Sequence record: MZ234031.1
DNA from: Escherichia phage vB_EcoM-CHD94UKE2
Reading direction: 5' to 3' (one strand)
Length of the DNA stretch: 64,000 bases
How positions within the stretch are numbered: position 1 is the first letter of the stretch; every line of letters starts with the position of its first letter. Position numbers and translations under genes: made by a program. The notes below the pieces were generated by a model. That model searched no databases. It had not been told where the DNA came from and worked only from the letters and a program-made list of their open reading frames with translations. This document shows positions 1-8,540 of this stretch, piece after piece.

Positions 1-1
1 A

Positions 2-1207
2 ACACTTATTTCAAAACTAGCTGATTCTCCGGAAGACCACAGCTGGTTAGTAAAAGAAACAGAAAAATATGTTCAGCAAAGGGCGATGTTTAATGCTACG
101 TCTAAAATAATCGAAATTCAAACTAATGCTGAGCTTCCTCCGGAAAAACGAAATAAGAAAATGCCAGATGTAGGTGCTATTCCTGACATCATGCGCCAAG
201 CATTATCAATTTCATTTGATAGTTACGTTGGTCATGATTGGATGGATGACTACGAAGCACGCTGGCTATCTTATATGAATAAAGCTCGTAAAGTTCCATT
301 TAAACTCAGAATTCTAAACAAAATTACGAAAGGCGGAGCTGAAACTGGAACACTGAACGTTTTAATGGCTGGCGTTAACGTTGGTAAGTCATTAGGTCTG
401 TGTTCATTGGCAGCAGATTATTTGCAGCTCGGACATAATGTTCTTTACATTTCCATGGAAATGGCAGAAGAAGTCTGTGCTAAGCGTATTGACGCTAACA
501 TGCTTGATGTTTCTCTTGATGACATTGATGATGGGCATATTTCTTACGCTGAGTATAAAGGAAAAATGGAAAAATGGCGTGAGAAATCTACTCTCGGCCG
601 TTTAATCGTTAAACAGTATCCTACTGGTGGAGCAGATGCTAATACATTTCGGTCGCTTTTAAATGAATTAAAGCTCAAGAAGAATTTTGTTCCAACAATC
701 ATTATTGTTGACTATCTAGGTATTTGTAAATCTTGCCGCATTAGAGTTTATTCAGAAAATAGTTACACAACTGTTAAAGCCATCGCAGAAGAATTGCGTG
801 CTCTGGCTGTTGAAACTGAAACTGTTCTTTGGACTGCAGCACAGGTTGGTAAACAAGCTTGGGACTCTTCCGATGTTAACATGAGTGATATCGCAGAATC
901 TGCTGGTCTTCCAGCGACAGCTGATTTTATGCTTGCGGTCATTGAAACCGAGGAGTTAGCAGCTGCTGAACAACAACTCATTAAGCAAATCAAATCACGA
1001 TATGGTGATAAGAATAAATGGAATAAGTTTTTGATGGGTGTTCAAAAAGGAAATCAGAAATGGGTAGAAATTGAACAAGATTCTACTCCAACTGAAGTGA
1101 ACGAAGTAGCAGGTTCACAACAGATTCAGGCTGAACAGAATCGCTATCAAAGAAACGAATCGACTCGAGCTCAGTTAGATGCTTTGGCGAATGAATTAAA
1201 ATTTTAG
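2..1207 (+). CDS. 41: Replicative DNA helicase gp41 (DnaB family), N-terminus cut off by window start
   Basis: Open frame from window edge; Walker A-like AGVNVGKSLGL; C-terminus ...ALANELKF as remembered for T4 gp41; followed by primase gene as in T4. Confidence 0.9.
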   Translation, partial: TLISKLADSPEDHSWLVKETEKYVQQRAMFNATSKIIEIQTNAELPPEKRNKKMPDVGAIPDIMRQALSISFDSYVGHDWMDDYEARWLSYMNKARKVPFKLRILNKITKGGAETGTLNVLMAGVNVGKSLGLCSLAADYLQLGHNVLYISMEMAEEVCAKRIDANMLDVSLDDIDDGHISYAEYKGKMEKWREKSTLGRLIVKQYPTGGADANTFRSLLNELKLKKNFVPTIIIVDYLGICKSCRIRVYSENSYTTVKAIAEELRALAVETETVLWTAAQVGKQAWDSSDVNMSDIAESAGLPATADFMLAVIETEELAAAEQQLIKQIKSRYGDKNKWNKFLMGVQKGNQKWVEIEQDSTPTEVNEVAGSQQIQAEQNRYQRNESTRAQLDALANELKF

Positions 1208-1236
1208 TTTACAAGCTGACAAGACTATGGTATAGT
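1207..1236 (+). promoter_or_regulatory. T4-type early promoter (GTTTAC -35, TATAGT -10)
   Basis: GTTTACAAGCTGACAAGACTATGGTATAGT; -10 bracketed by inverted repeat CAAGACTA/TAGTCTTG. Confidence 0.6.
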
Positions 1237-1265
1237 AGTCTTGTTGGTTAAATGAGGAGATTGTT

Positions 1266-1448
1266 ATGGAATTGGTAAAGGTAGTTTTTATGGGGTGGTT
1301 TAAGAATGAAAGCACGTTTACTAAAGAAACCACAATGATGAAAGATGACGTTCAATGGGCTACTACTCAGTATGCTGAAGTTAATAAAGCATTAGTTAAA
1401 GCTTTCATTGATGACAAGAAAGTATGTGAAGTGGATTGCCGAGGATAA
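1266..1448 (+). CDS. dmd: Dmd-like antitoxin (inhibitor of RnlA/LsoA RNases), 60 aa
   Basis: 60 aa ORF MELVKVVFMGWFKNE... matching remembered T4 Dmd (61.5) size and N-terminus; position next to gene 41. Confidence 0.55.
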   Translation: MELVKVVFMGWFKNESTFTKETTMMKDDVQWATTQYAEVNKALVKAFIDDKKVCEVDCRG

Positions 1449-1449
1449 T

Positions 1450-1707
1450 ATGCATATTGTTTTATTTAAACCTACTCCGTATAACGTCAGGAAAAATACA
1501 CAATTCAAAGCACTTATTGCCGATACGTGGGAATTGGTGTTAGATATTCCAGCAGAAGAAAGTCCTCCATTTGGTCGAGTGGAATTTATTAAGTTTGCTG
1601 TTCGCCCTACGAAGCGGCAGATTCGTCAGTGTAAAAGGTATTTTCGTAAGATCGTTAAGCTAGAGAAACAGTTTGTAACATGTGATTACGCAAAAGTTTT
1701 AAAATAA
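1450..1707 (+). CDS. Small early protein, 85 aa, possibly TifA-like (61.4)
   Basis: ATG at 1450 preceded by GAGGATAA; 85 aa basic protein next to dmd; identification from position and size only. Confidence 0.4.
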   Translation: MHIVLFKPTPYNVRKNTQFKALIADTWELVLDIPAEESPPFGRVEFIKFAVRPTKRQIRQCKRYFRKIVKLEKQFVTCDYAKVLK

Positions 1708-1765
1708 CTGTTTACTTTTATTGGAAATTGAGATACTATAAACATAAACTACTGAGGAGATTATC

Positions 1766-2059
1766 ATGAAAAAATTTATCTTTGCTACAATTTTTGCTTT
1801 AGCTTCTTGTGCTGCTCAGCCTGCTATGGCAGGTTATGATAAAGATTTGTGCGAATGGTCTATGACTGCGGATCAGACTGAGGTTGAAACTCAAATTGAA
1901 GCAGATATTATGAATATCGTTGAGCGTGATCGTCCTGAAATGAAAGCTGAAGTGCAAAAACAGCTTAAGTCTGGTGGTGTAATGCAGTATAATTACGTTC
2001 TGTATTGTGATAAAAACTTTAATAATAAAAATATCATCGCTGAAGTGGTAGGTGAATAA
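1766..2059 (+). CDS. sp: Spackle-like periplasmic protein (superinfection exclusion / lysozyme inhibitor), 97 aa with signal peptide
   Basis: N-terminal signal/lipobox-like MKKFIFATIFALASCAAQPAMA; size 97 aa and location between 41 and 61 as for T4 sp (61.3). Confidence 0.5.
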   Translation: MKKFIFATIFALASCAAQPAMAGYDKDLCEWSMTADQTEVETQIEADIMNIVERDRPEMKAEVQKQLKSGGVMQYNYVLYCDKNFNNKNIIAEVVGE

Positions 2060-2071
2060 TTAGAGGCTAAT

Positions 2072-2236
2072 ATGAAAACGTTTAAAGAATTTATCAAAGA
2101 AGATATGGTCGCTGGAGATTCAGGTGGTAGTCCTGAAAATATCTCTACTGGAACAACGTCAGGCGCTGTAGTAAATAAAGGTCCTGAACAGATTCCTAAA
2201 AAGAAAAAAGAGGAATCTAAAGAAAAAGAAGAGTAA
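2072..2236 (+). CDS. Hypothetical small acidic/lysine-rich protein, 54 aa (below ORF-track threshold)
   Basis: ATG 2072 to TAA 2234-2236, read by hand; stop lies just upstream of gene 61 start. Confidence 0.35.
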   Translation: MKTFKEFIKEDMVAGDSGGSPENISTGTTSGAVVNKGPEQIPKKKKEESKEKEE

Positions 2237-2238
2237 AA

Positions 2239-3267
2239 ATGTCATCAATACCTTGGATTGATAATGAGTTTGCATACCGTGCATTAGCTCATTTACCTAA
2301 ATTCACACAAGTAAATAATAGTTCAACTTTTAAATTACGGTTTAGATGCCCAGTTTGTGGAGATTCAAAAACCGACCAGAATAAAGCCCGTGGATGGTAT
2401 TATGGTGATAATAATGAAGGAAATATTCATTGTTATAACTGTAACTATCATGCACCAATCGGAATATATTTAAAGGAGTTTGAACCTGATTTATATCGTG
2501 AGTATATCTTTGAAATAAGAAAAGAAAAAGGTAAAAGTCGTCCAGTAGAAAAACCTAAAGAACTTCCTAAACAACCTGAGAAGAAAATAATTAAATCTCT
2601 TCCGTCATGTGTTAGATTAGATAAACTGGCGGAAGACCATCCAATTATAAAATATGTAAAAGCTCGTTGTATTCCAAAGGATAAATGGAAATATCTTTGG
2701 TTTACAACCGAATGGCCTAAATTAGTTAATAGCATAGCACCGGGAACATATAAAAAGGAAATTTCTGAGCCTCGTCTTGTTATTCCAATTTATAATGCTA
2801 ATGGAAAAGCTGAGTCTTTTCAAGGACGCGCATTAAAGAAAGATGCTCCTCAAAAATATATCACCATCAAAGCTTATCCTGAAGCAACAAAAATTTATGG
2901 AGTCGAACGAGTTAAAGATGGTGATGTATATGTTCTAGAAGGACCTATAGATTCACTTTTTATTGAAAATGGTATAGCTATTACGGGTGGTCAATTAGAC
3001 CTAGAAGTTGTTCCATTTAAAGATAGACGAGTGTGGGTTTTAGATAATGAACCTCGTCACCCTGACACTATTAAACGAATGACTAAATTAGTTGATGCAG
3101 GAGAAAGGGTTATGTTTTGGGATAAATCTCCCTGGAAATCAAAAGATGTTAATGATATGATTAGAAAGGAAGGTGCAACCACTGAACAAATTATGGAATA
3201 TATGAAAAATAATATTGCCCAGGGGTTAATGGCTAAAATGCGGCTATCTAAATATGCTAAGATTTAA
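2239..3267 (+). CDS. 61: DNA primase gp61
   Basis: 342 aa; N-terminal zinc ribbon CPVCGDS...CYNCNYH; TOPRIM-like core; adjacent to helicase 41. Confidence 0.85.
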   Translation: MSSIPWIDNEFAYRALAHLPKFTQVNNSSTFKLRFRCPVCGDSKTDQNKARGWYYGDNNEGNIHCYNCNYHAPIGIYLKEFEPDLYREYIFEIRKEKGKSRPVEKPKELPKQPEKKIIKSLPSCVRLDKLAEDHPIIKYVKARCIPKDKWKYLWFTTEWPKLVNSIAPGTYKKEISEPRLVIPIYNANGKAESFQGRALKKDAPQKYITIKAYPEATKIYGVERVKDGDVYVLEGPIDSLFIENGIAITGGQLDLEVVPFKDRRVWVLDNEPRHPDTIKRMTKLVDAGERVMFWDKSPWKSKDVNDMIRKEGATTEQIMEYMKNNIAQGLMAKMRLSKYAKI

Positions 3268-3464
3268 ATTAACCCAACTAAAGCAAATGCTAAATCTACG
3301 AATGTATCAAGAGTAACTACTGGAATACTAACGCCATGAGCAATAGCAACTGGCGATAAAACAAAATTCCAAAGTAAAATTCCTATCATAGCAGTAATAG
3401 TAAAAGCTATACGTTTCTTATTACCTTTTATGGCATTAACAAGTGCCATTAATTTTTGTACCAT
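3264..3464 (-). CDS. Small membrane protein, 66 aa, opposite strand to neighbouring early genes
   Basis: Hydrophobic stretches (two predicted TM helices); strong SD AAGGAGG 6 nt upstream of ATG on minus strand; occupies the slot where T4 has dam. Confidence 0.5.
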   Translation of the reverse strand: MVQKLMALVNAIKGNKKRIAFTITAMIGILLWNFVLSPVAIAHGVSIPVVTLDTFVDLAFALVGLI

Positions 3465-3476
3465 ATGTCCTCCTTA

Positions 3477-3501
3477 TTGCTTTATATATTTATTGTATAA
3501 T
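3477..3501 (+). promoter_or_regulatory. Middle promoter candidate (MotA box TTGCTTTA, 11 nt spacer, TATAAT)
   Basis: TTGCTTTATATATTTATTGTATAAT upstream of gene 56. Confidence 0.5.
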
Positions 3502-3537
3502 TAATCTACTAACCCATGAATTGAAAGGAAAAATAAC

Positions 3538-4053
3538 ATGCCACATTTCAACGAATGTAGTCAACTGATCGAAGGCGCTGATAAAGCTCAAAATGAATAT
3601 TGGGATATTCTCGGTGATGAAAAAGACCCGCTGCAGGTAATGCTTGATATGCAGAAATCTTTACAGATTCGTTTAGCAAATGACCGCGAATACTGTTATC
3701 ATCCAGATAAATTAGAAACTGCCGGTGATGTTGTTTCTTGGATGCGTGAACAAAAAGACTGTATTGATGATGAATTCCGCGAACTTCTGACTTCTCTTGG
3801 TGAAATGTCACGTGGTGAAAAAGATGCATCGGCAGTTTGGAAAAAATGGAAAGCACGTTATATTGAAGCGCAAGAAAAACGCATTGATGAAATGTCCCCA
3901 GAAGATCAGCTCGAAATTAAATTTGAGCTTGTGGATATATTTCATTTCGTATTAAATATGTTTGCTGGCCTTGGAATGAATGCGGAAGAAATCTTTAAAC
4001 TTTATTATTTGAAAAATAAACATAATTTTGAACGTCAAGATAATGGGTATTAA
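3538..4053 (+). CDS. 56: dCTPase/dUTPase gp56 (MazG-like nucleotide pyrophosphohydrolase)
   Basis: 171 aa, same length as T4 gp56; all-alpha MazG-like pattern with EFRELL...E acidic motifs. Confidence 0.7.
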   Translation: MPHFNECSQLIEGADKAQNEYWDILGDEKDPLQVMLDMQKSLQIRLANDREYCYHPDKLETAGDVVSWMREQKDCIDDEFRELLTSLGEMSRGEKDASAVWKKWKARYIEAQEKRIDEMSPEDQLEIKFELVDIFHFVLNMFAGLGMNAEEIFKLYYLKNKHNFERQDNGY

Positions 4054-4717
4054 ACAAAAATTTTATAGAACATATATCGTAAAAGTTAGGACGCCGAAAG
4101 GCGTCTTTTGGTACGCTGGGAAACATGAATCATTTATTGTAAATCCATATGATGATAAATATCCGGGGTCAGGCAAAATACTATGGAACATATATCGTAA
4201 GTATGGTTTTAATTATAAAATACGTTGGTCAAAATGCCATGGTTCTAGAGAAAAATCATATGAAGTTGAACGCGAGCTAATATCTGCATTAAAACGTAAA
4301 CACCCAGATACTTGCATTAATATTTCTCCTGGTGGTCAGGGTGGAGAAGGAAGAAAATGGACTGAGCAACAACGATTAGAACATAAACTTAGATTAAACA
4401 ATCCTGAAACAAAAACTCGGATGAAGAATTCACAACGTATAGCCCAAAATAGAGCAGAACGAAAAGCTCGGCAATCTGAAGTAATGAAAAAGTTTTATTC
4501 GAATGGCGGAAATAAAAAGATTTCAGAAGGAACTTCAAGGGCGCAAAGAAAAGCGCCGCATTGGCATGAACCGCTTAAAAGCGAAATACATGAGTTATGG
4601 GTTTCTTTAGGTAAACCAGCAACAGGCCCGGTTGTAAAGGCGCTTAAAGGAAAATATGATGTAACAAGTTCAGCTCTTAAGAATTTAATTTACTTATTCA
4701 GAAAAGAAGATGTATAA
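4043..4717 (+). CDS. segF: GIY-YIG family homing endonuclease, SegF-like
   Basis: ATG 4043 overlaps gene 56 stop; N-terminal GIY-YIG-like FYRTYIVKV...GVFWYAGKH; basic C-terminal DNA-binding tail; sits between 56 and soc where T4 has segF. Confidence 0.55.
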   Translation: MGIKQKFYRTYIVKVRTPKGVFWYAGKHESFIVNPYDDKYPGSGKILWNIYRKYGFNYKIRWSKCHGSREKSYEVERELISALKRKHPDTCINISPGGQGGEGRKWTEQQRLEHKLRLNNPETKTRMKNSQRIAQNRAERKARQSEVMKKFYSNGGNKKISEGTSRAQRKAPHWHEPLKSEIHELWVSLGKPATGPVVKALKGKYDVTSSALKNLIYLFRKEDV

Positions 4718-4720
4718 ATA
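4713..4720 (+). promoter_or_regulatory. Late promoter TATAAATA upstream of soc
   Basis: Exact TATAAATA 31 nt upstream of soc ATG; soc is a late (capsid) gene. Confidence 0.55.
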
Positions 4721-4750
4721 ATCATGTAATTTAAATAAAAGGAGAATTAC

Positions 4751-4996
4751 ATGGCTAGTACTCGCGGTTATGTTAATATTAAAACATTTGAGCAGAAATT
4801 AGATGGAAATAAGAAAATTGAAGGAAAGGAAATTTCTGTAGCTTTCCCTCTTTATTCTGACGTTCACAAAATTTCTGGTGCTCATTACCAGACGTTCCCT
4901 TCAGAAAAAGCAGCATATACTACTGTATATGAAGAAAATCAGCGTACTGAATGGATTGCTGCAAACGAAGATTTGTGGAAAGTAACTGGTGGTTAA
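4751..4996 (+). CDS. soc: Small outer capsid protein Soc
   Basis: 81 aa MASTRGYVNIKTFEQKLDG... matches remembered T4 Soc. Confidence 0.85.
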   Translation: MASTRGYVNIKTFEQKLDGNKKIEGKEISVAFPLYSDVHKISGAHYQTFPSEKAAYTTVYEENQRTEWIAANEDLWKVTGG

Positions 4997-5002
4997 TAAT
5001 TC

Positions 5003-5030
5003 AAGGACTCCTTCGGGAGTCCTTTTTTCA
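5003..5030 (+). terminator. Rho-independent terminator (UUCG-loop hairpin plus T-run)
   Basis: AAGGACTCC-TTCG-GGAGTCCTT followed by TTTTTT; same hairpin recurs at 58632. Confidence 0.75.
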
Positions 5031-5038
5031 TTTAAATG

Positions 5039-5069
5039 GTTTACTTTCCAAAATGAGTATGGTATAATA
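5039..5069 (+). promoter_or_regulatory. T4-type early promoter
   Basis: GTTTAC ... TGGTATAAT. Confidence 0.6.
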
Positions 5070-5094
5070 GAATTATCTTATAGAGGAGAGCGCT

Positions 5095-5301
5095 ATGTTA
5101 AATCGTTGGATTAAACCGAATGAAGATTTAGATATTATCATTTCACGACACGTAATGAAGAAATATGAATTGCAACCATGGTCTACAGAAGTTGTTGTGC
5201 ATTCATTTATGATGTACGCAGATGGTTCTGTTGAATTTAATGCAGAGATTCGATACGATTATGGCGAGAAGCAAGTTGAATTCAAAAGAGGCTTTTTGTA
5301 A
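5095..5301 (+). CDS. Hypothetical early protein, 68 aa
   Basis: ORF with SD AGAGGAGAG upstream. Confidence 0.5.
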   Translation: MLNRWIKPNEDLDIIISRHVMKKYELQPWSTEVVVHSFMMYADGSVEFNAEIRYDYGEKQVEFKRGFL

Positions 5302-5642
5302 TGTTTATCTTTAATTGGTTTAAAAATTTCTTTACGGATTTTTTCTCTACAGTTCCTGGGGAAGGTGTAGTTCCTATTTCAAATGACGACCTTCCTTTAA
5401 CTGTAGTTGAGTATGTTTATATGGGAGATGGAACAGTAGAAGCAGTCACTATGACTTATGAAGAAGCCCAAGAATATTATAAAAATCCTTGGCGCTGGTC
5501 AGTACCTACTACATCATCTAATGCACAGAATACACAGTCTAGTTCTGATTCATATGATACTAATGTTCCTGTTCATGTATGGACGGGCGATTCATGTGGA
5601 AGTTCTTGTGATTCTAGTTGTTCATCTACATCTTGTGATTGA
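5301..5642 (+). CDS. Hypothetical protein with Cys/Ser-rich C-terminal tail, 113 aa
   Basis: ORF; C-terminus [17 protein letters not shown]. Confidence 0.45.
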   Translation: MFIFNWFKNFFTDFFSTVPGEGVVPISNDDLPLTVVEYVYMGDGTVEAVTMTYEEAQEYYKNPWRWSVPTTSSNAQNTQSSSDSYDTNVPVHVWTGDSCGSSCDSSCSSTSCD

Positions 5643-5650
5643 GGAAAATT

Positions 5651-6136
5651 ATGGAAGCAATTTTGTTTGAAATGTCTATCAATAGTATTAGTATGGCGTT
5701 TGTCAAGGATGTTCCAATTACCGTAGCAGTAATGATTGATAAAAGATATGACAATGACATGTATCTAGTAGAAGATTTTATTTCAATGCCAGTTCCAGAA
5801 GATGTTGAAATAAAACTTAAAAAGATCGGAATTATTGAAACTGTACAAAATTCTCCATTTATGGCAATTCAAGCATTTACTAAATCTAACTATATTGATG
5901 TTGCTGAAGCATACTATAATAATAAACCGTTATCCTTCTATTCATATGATTCAATATATGACTGGAAAATTGATAAGGGAAATAAATTTATAATTACGGA
6001 CGAAAGTGCGCTATCATATTTTATTACCTCTTTATGGAATAATTTAAATCCTAATTTGCTAAAAATTCATGAATTTGACGGTGTCCATACTATTGTTTTA
6101 GGTAAAATAAATGAAAGCTCTCAAGAAGATTCTTGA
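5651..6136 (+). CDS. Hypothetical early protein, about 161 aa (soc-mod interval)
   Basis: ATG 5651 after GAGGAAAATT; track ORF begins at TTG 5639. Confidence 0.5.
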   Translation: MEAILFEMSINSISMAFVKDVPITVAVMIDKRYDNDMYLVEDFISMPVPEDVEIKLKKIGIIETVQNSPFMAIQAFTKSNYIDVAEAYYNNKPLSFYSYDSIYDWKIDKGNKFIITDESALSYFITSLWNNLNPNLLKIHEFDGVHTIVLGKINESSQEDS

Positions 6137-6314
6137 ATGGTTCAATAGACCAAACTCAATGTACATTGATGATGGTTGGGTTGAACAAGCAAATAAAGAA
6201 ATGCAGAACGAATCAGAAGAATGGATGAAATCAATGATTAGTGCTGAGAAAGAAAAGAAATTAGAACGCTCAGCGCTTAAATTAATGAGAGACATCTATG
6301 GGGATAAATCGTGA
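6111..6314 (+). CDS. Hypothetical protein, 67 aa
   Basis: ATG ORF overlapping the preceding gene end. Confidence 0.4.
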   Translation: MKALKKILEWFNRPNSMYIDDGWVEQANKEMQNESEEWMKSMISAEKEKKLERSALKLMRDIYGDKS

Positions 6315-6322
6315 ACAAAGAT

Positions 6323-6475
6323 ATGACGTTAGAAGAGGCTAAAGCAAAAGCAAATGAAGCATTGGATTTGCTTCTTAAAATTGGCAGTAAAATGATGGAA
6401 GAAAATGAGAAATATATCCAGGAAAACAAAATTCCTGACGGCCCATTAGTAGGCAAGAGGAAATCACATGATTGA
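6323..6475 (+). CDS. Hypothetical small protein, 50 aa
   Basis: ATG 6323 to TGA 6473-6475, read by hand. Confidence 0.3.
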   Translation: MTLEEAKAKANEALDLLLKIGSKMMEENEKYIQENKIPDGPLVGKRKSHD

Positions 6476-6938
6476 AGTAGCAAAACATTATTCAATAGAA
6501 TTTATGTCTAAAGAAGGTAAATCAGTAAATACACTTGACAAAAAGTGCTCGTTAATTATTCCTTTAGCAGAAAATCCGGATATTTTAATTAAAGATATAA
6601 AAGAAAGAAAATACCCAGAAAATGTTATTCTAATTATAAAGCATACTGAAGATATTTTGCAGAATACTGATTCACCGTTTTCTTCTTCTGAAGCTTTAAC
6701 TATTAAAGGCTATAAAAGAGCTCATGAATATGGTCTTTTTGACCTGTTTGAAGACGATAAAGTTAAATTAGCGAGTCAACCTTCTAAAAGTAAAACATTC
6801 ATTATTGAAGATATTAAAGATATAAATGCATTCGTTAAGATGGTCTGGGCTCATTTTGATGTTGGACTACGCTGGAGAATGTCCGAAGAAGAAAGAAAGA
6901 TTATTGAAGCTAATCGTCAATTTGGTTTTTATCGCTAG
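6468..6938 (+). CDS. Hypothetical early protein, 156 aa
   Basis: ORF with ATGA overlap to upstream ORF. Confidence 0.5.
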   Translation: MIEVAKHYSIEFMSKEGKSVNTLDKKCSLIIPLAENPDILIKDIKERKYPENVILIIKHTEDILQNTDSPFSSSEALTIKGYKRAHEYGLFDLFEDDKVKLASQPSKSKTFIIEDIKDINAFVKMVWAHFDVGLRWRMSEEERKIIEANRQFGFYR

Positions 6939-6946
6939 GAATTAAT

Positions 6947-7129
6947 ATGGATTTATTTGAGATGTTAGAAGATAATCATTCTACGAATATCCAGAATGAT
7001 TCTAGTGATTATAAGAAAGAGTACCGTATAGTATTACAGAATTATGGAATTGAAGCCCCAGATGCTCTTCTAGAAGAACTAGCTTCATACCATCTTGACC
7101 CTCCGCCTTGGGCTCCTTGGGCAAAATAA
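6947..7129 (+). CDS. Hypothetical protein, 60 aa
   Basis: ORF. Confidence 0.4.
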   Translation: MDLFEMLEDNHSTNIQNDSSDYKKEYRIVLQNYGIEAPDALLEELASYHLDPPPWAPWAK

Positions 7130-7140
7130 TTCAAAAAGTT

Positions 7141-7170
7141 GTTTACTTTCCTTTCTAACGATGATATGAT
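7141..7170 (+). promoter_or_regulatory. T4-type early promoter
   Basis: GTTTACTTTCC ... GATATGAT. Confidence 0.5.
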
Positions 7171-7196
7171 AGCTTCTGAAGTATACGGAGGCTATC

Positions 7197-7820
7197 ATGA
7201 TTATTAATCTTGCAGATGTTGAACAGTTATCTATAAAAGCTGAAAGCGTTGATTTTCAATATGATATGTATAAAAAGGTCTGTGAAAAATTTACTGACTT
7301 TGAGCAGTCTGTTCTTTGGCAATGTATGGAAGCTAAAAAGAATGAAGAGCTTCATCGGCAATTGAATAAAATCATTAAAAAGCATTTAACTAAATCGCCT
7401 TATCAGTTATATCGTGGTATATCAAAATCGACAAAAGAACTTATTAAAGATTTACAAGTTGGAGAAGTGTTTTCAACGAACAGGGTAGATTCATTTACTA
7501 CTAGTTTGCATACAGCGTGTTCTTTTTCTTATGCTGAATATTTTACTAAAATAATACTTCGTTTAAAAACTAATAAAGCTTTTAATTATTCTGACCATAT
7601 CAGCGATATTATACTTTCTTCTCCTAATACTGAGTTTAAGTACACGTATGAAGATACTGATGGGCTAGATTCAGAGCGTACTGATAACTTAATGATGATT
7701 GTGCGTGAACAAGAATGGATGATTCCAATTGGAAAGTATAGAATAACTTCTATTTCAAAAGAAAAATTACACGATTCATTTGGAACATTTAAAGTTTATG
7801 ATATTGAGGTAGTTGAATGA
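7197..7820 (+). CDS. modB: ADP-ribosyltransferase ModB
   Basis: 207 aa; R-S-E motif series (LYRG ... FTTSL ... EQEWM); tandem with paralog; order as in T4. Confidence 0.6.
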   Translation: MIINLADVEQLSIKAESVDFQYDMYKKVCEKFTDFEQSVLWQCMEAKKNEELHRQLNKIIKKHLTKSPYQLYRGISKSTKELIKDLQVGEVFSTNRVDSFTTSLHTACSFSYAEYFTKIILRLKTNKAFNYSDHISDIILSSPNTEFKYTYEDTDGLDSERTDNLMMIVREQEWMIPIGKYRITSISKEKLHDSFGTFKVYDIEVVE

Positions 7821-8419
7821 AATACTCAGTAATGCAACTAAAAGATTTTAAAATAAAATCAATGGATGCATCGGTGCGTGCTTCTATTCGTGAAGAATTA
7901 CTTTCTGAAGGGTTTAATTTATCTGAAATTGAACTTTTAATTCATTGTATTACTAATAAGCCAGATGACCATACTTGGTTAAATGAAATAATCAAATCTC
8001 GTTTGGTTCCAAACGATAAACCTCTTTGGAGAGGTGTTCCAGCTGAGACTAAACAAGTATTAAATCAAGGAATTGATATTATTACATTTGATAAAGTCGT
8101 ATCAGCTTCATATGATAAAAATATAGCTCTACATTTTGCTTCCGGTTTAGAGTATAACACACAAGTTATTTTTGAATTCAAAGCTCCTATGGTATTCAAT
8201 TTCCAGGAGTATGCTATAAAAGCTCTGCGCTGTAAAGAATACAATCCAAACTTTAAGTTTCCGGATAGCCATCGTTATCGTAATATGGAATTAGTTTCAG
8301 ATGAACAAGAAGTAATGATACCAGCTGGAAGTGTATTTAGAATTGCAGATAGATATGAGTATAAAAAGTATTCAACATACACTATCTATACTCTTGATTT
8401 TGAAGGATTTAATCTATAA
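7817..8419 (+). CDS. modA: ADP-ribosyltransferase ModA
   Basis: 200 aa; LWRG ... SAS ... EQEVM; paralog of the upstream ORF. Confidence 0.6.
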   Translation: MKYSVMQLKDFKIKSMDASVRASIREELLSEGFNLSEIELLIHCITNKPDDHTWLNEIIKSRLVPNDKPLWRGVPAETKQVLNQGIDIITFDKVVSASYDKNIALHFASGLEYNTQVIFEFKAPMVFNFQEYAIKALRCKEYNPNFKFPDSHRYRNMELVSDEQEVMIPAGSVFRIADRYEYKKYSTYTIYTLDFEGFNL

Positions 8420-8475
8420 TGGAAGGACTTAGATTCATTATACCATGAAATTTTTGAAGCATTTTTCATAAAATT

Positions 8476-8507
8476 GTTTACAAGCCAAGGTAAAAATGTT
8501 ATAGTAT
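8476..8507 (+). promoter_or_regulatory. T4-type early promoter
   Basis: GTTTACAAGCC ... TATAGTATAGT. Confidence 0.5.
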
Positions 8508-8540
8508 AGTAGTCAATCGTCCGTAAGATGTGAGAAAAAT

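Noticed and set aside
763-993. Minus-strand ORF inside gene 41, and similar short antisense ORFs inside dda, 39, rIIA, 52, nrdA, ligase
   Set aside because: Embedded in strongly supported genes with recognisable motifs; no independent signals.
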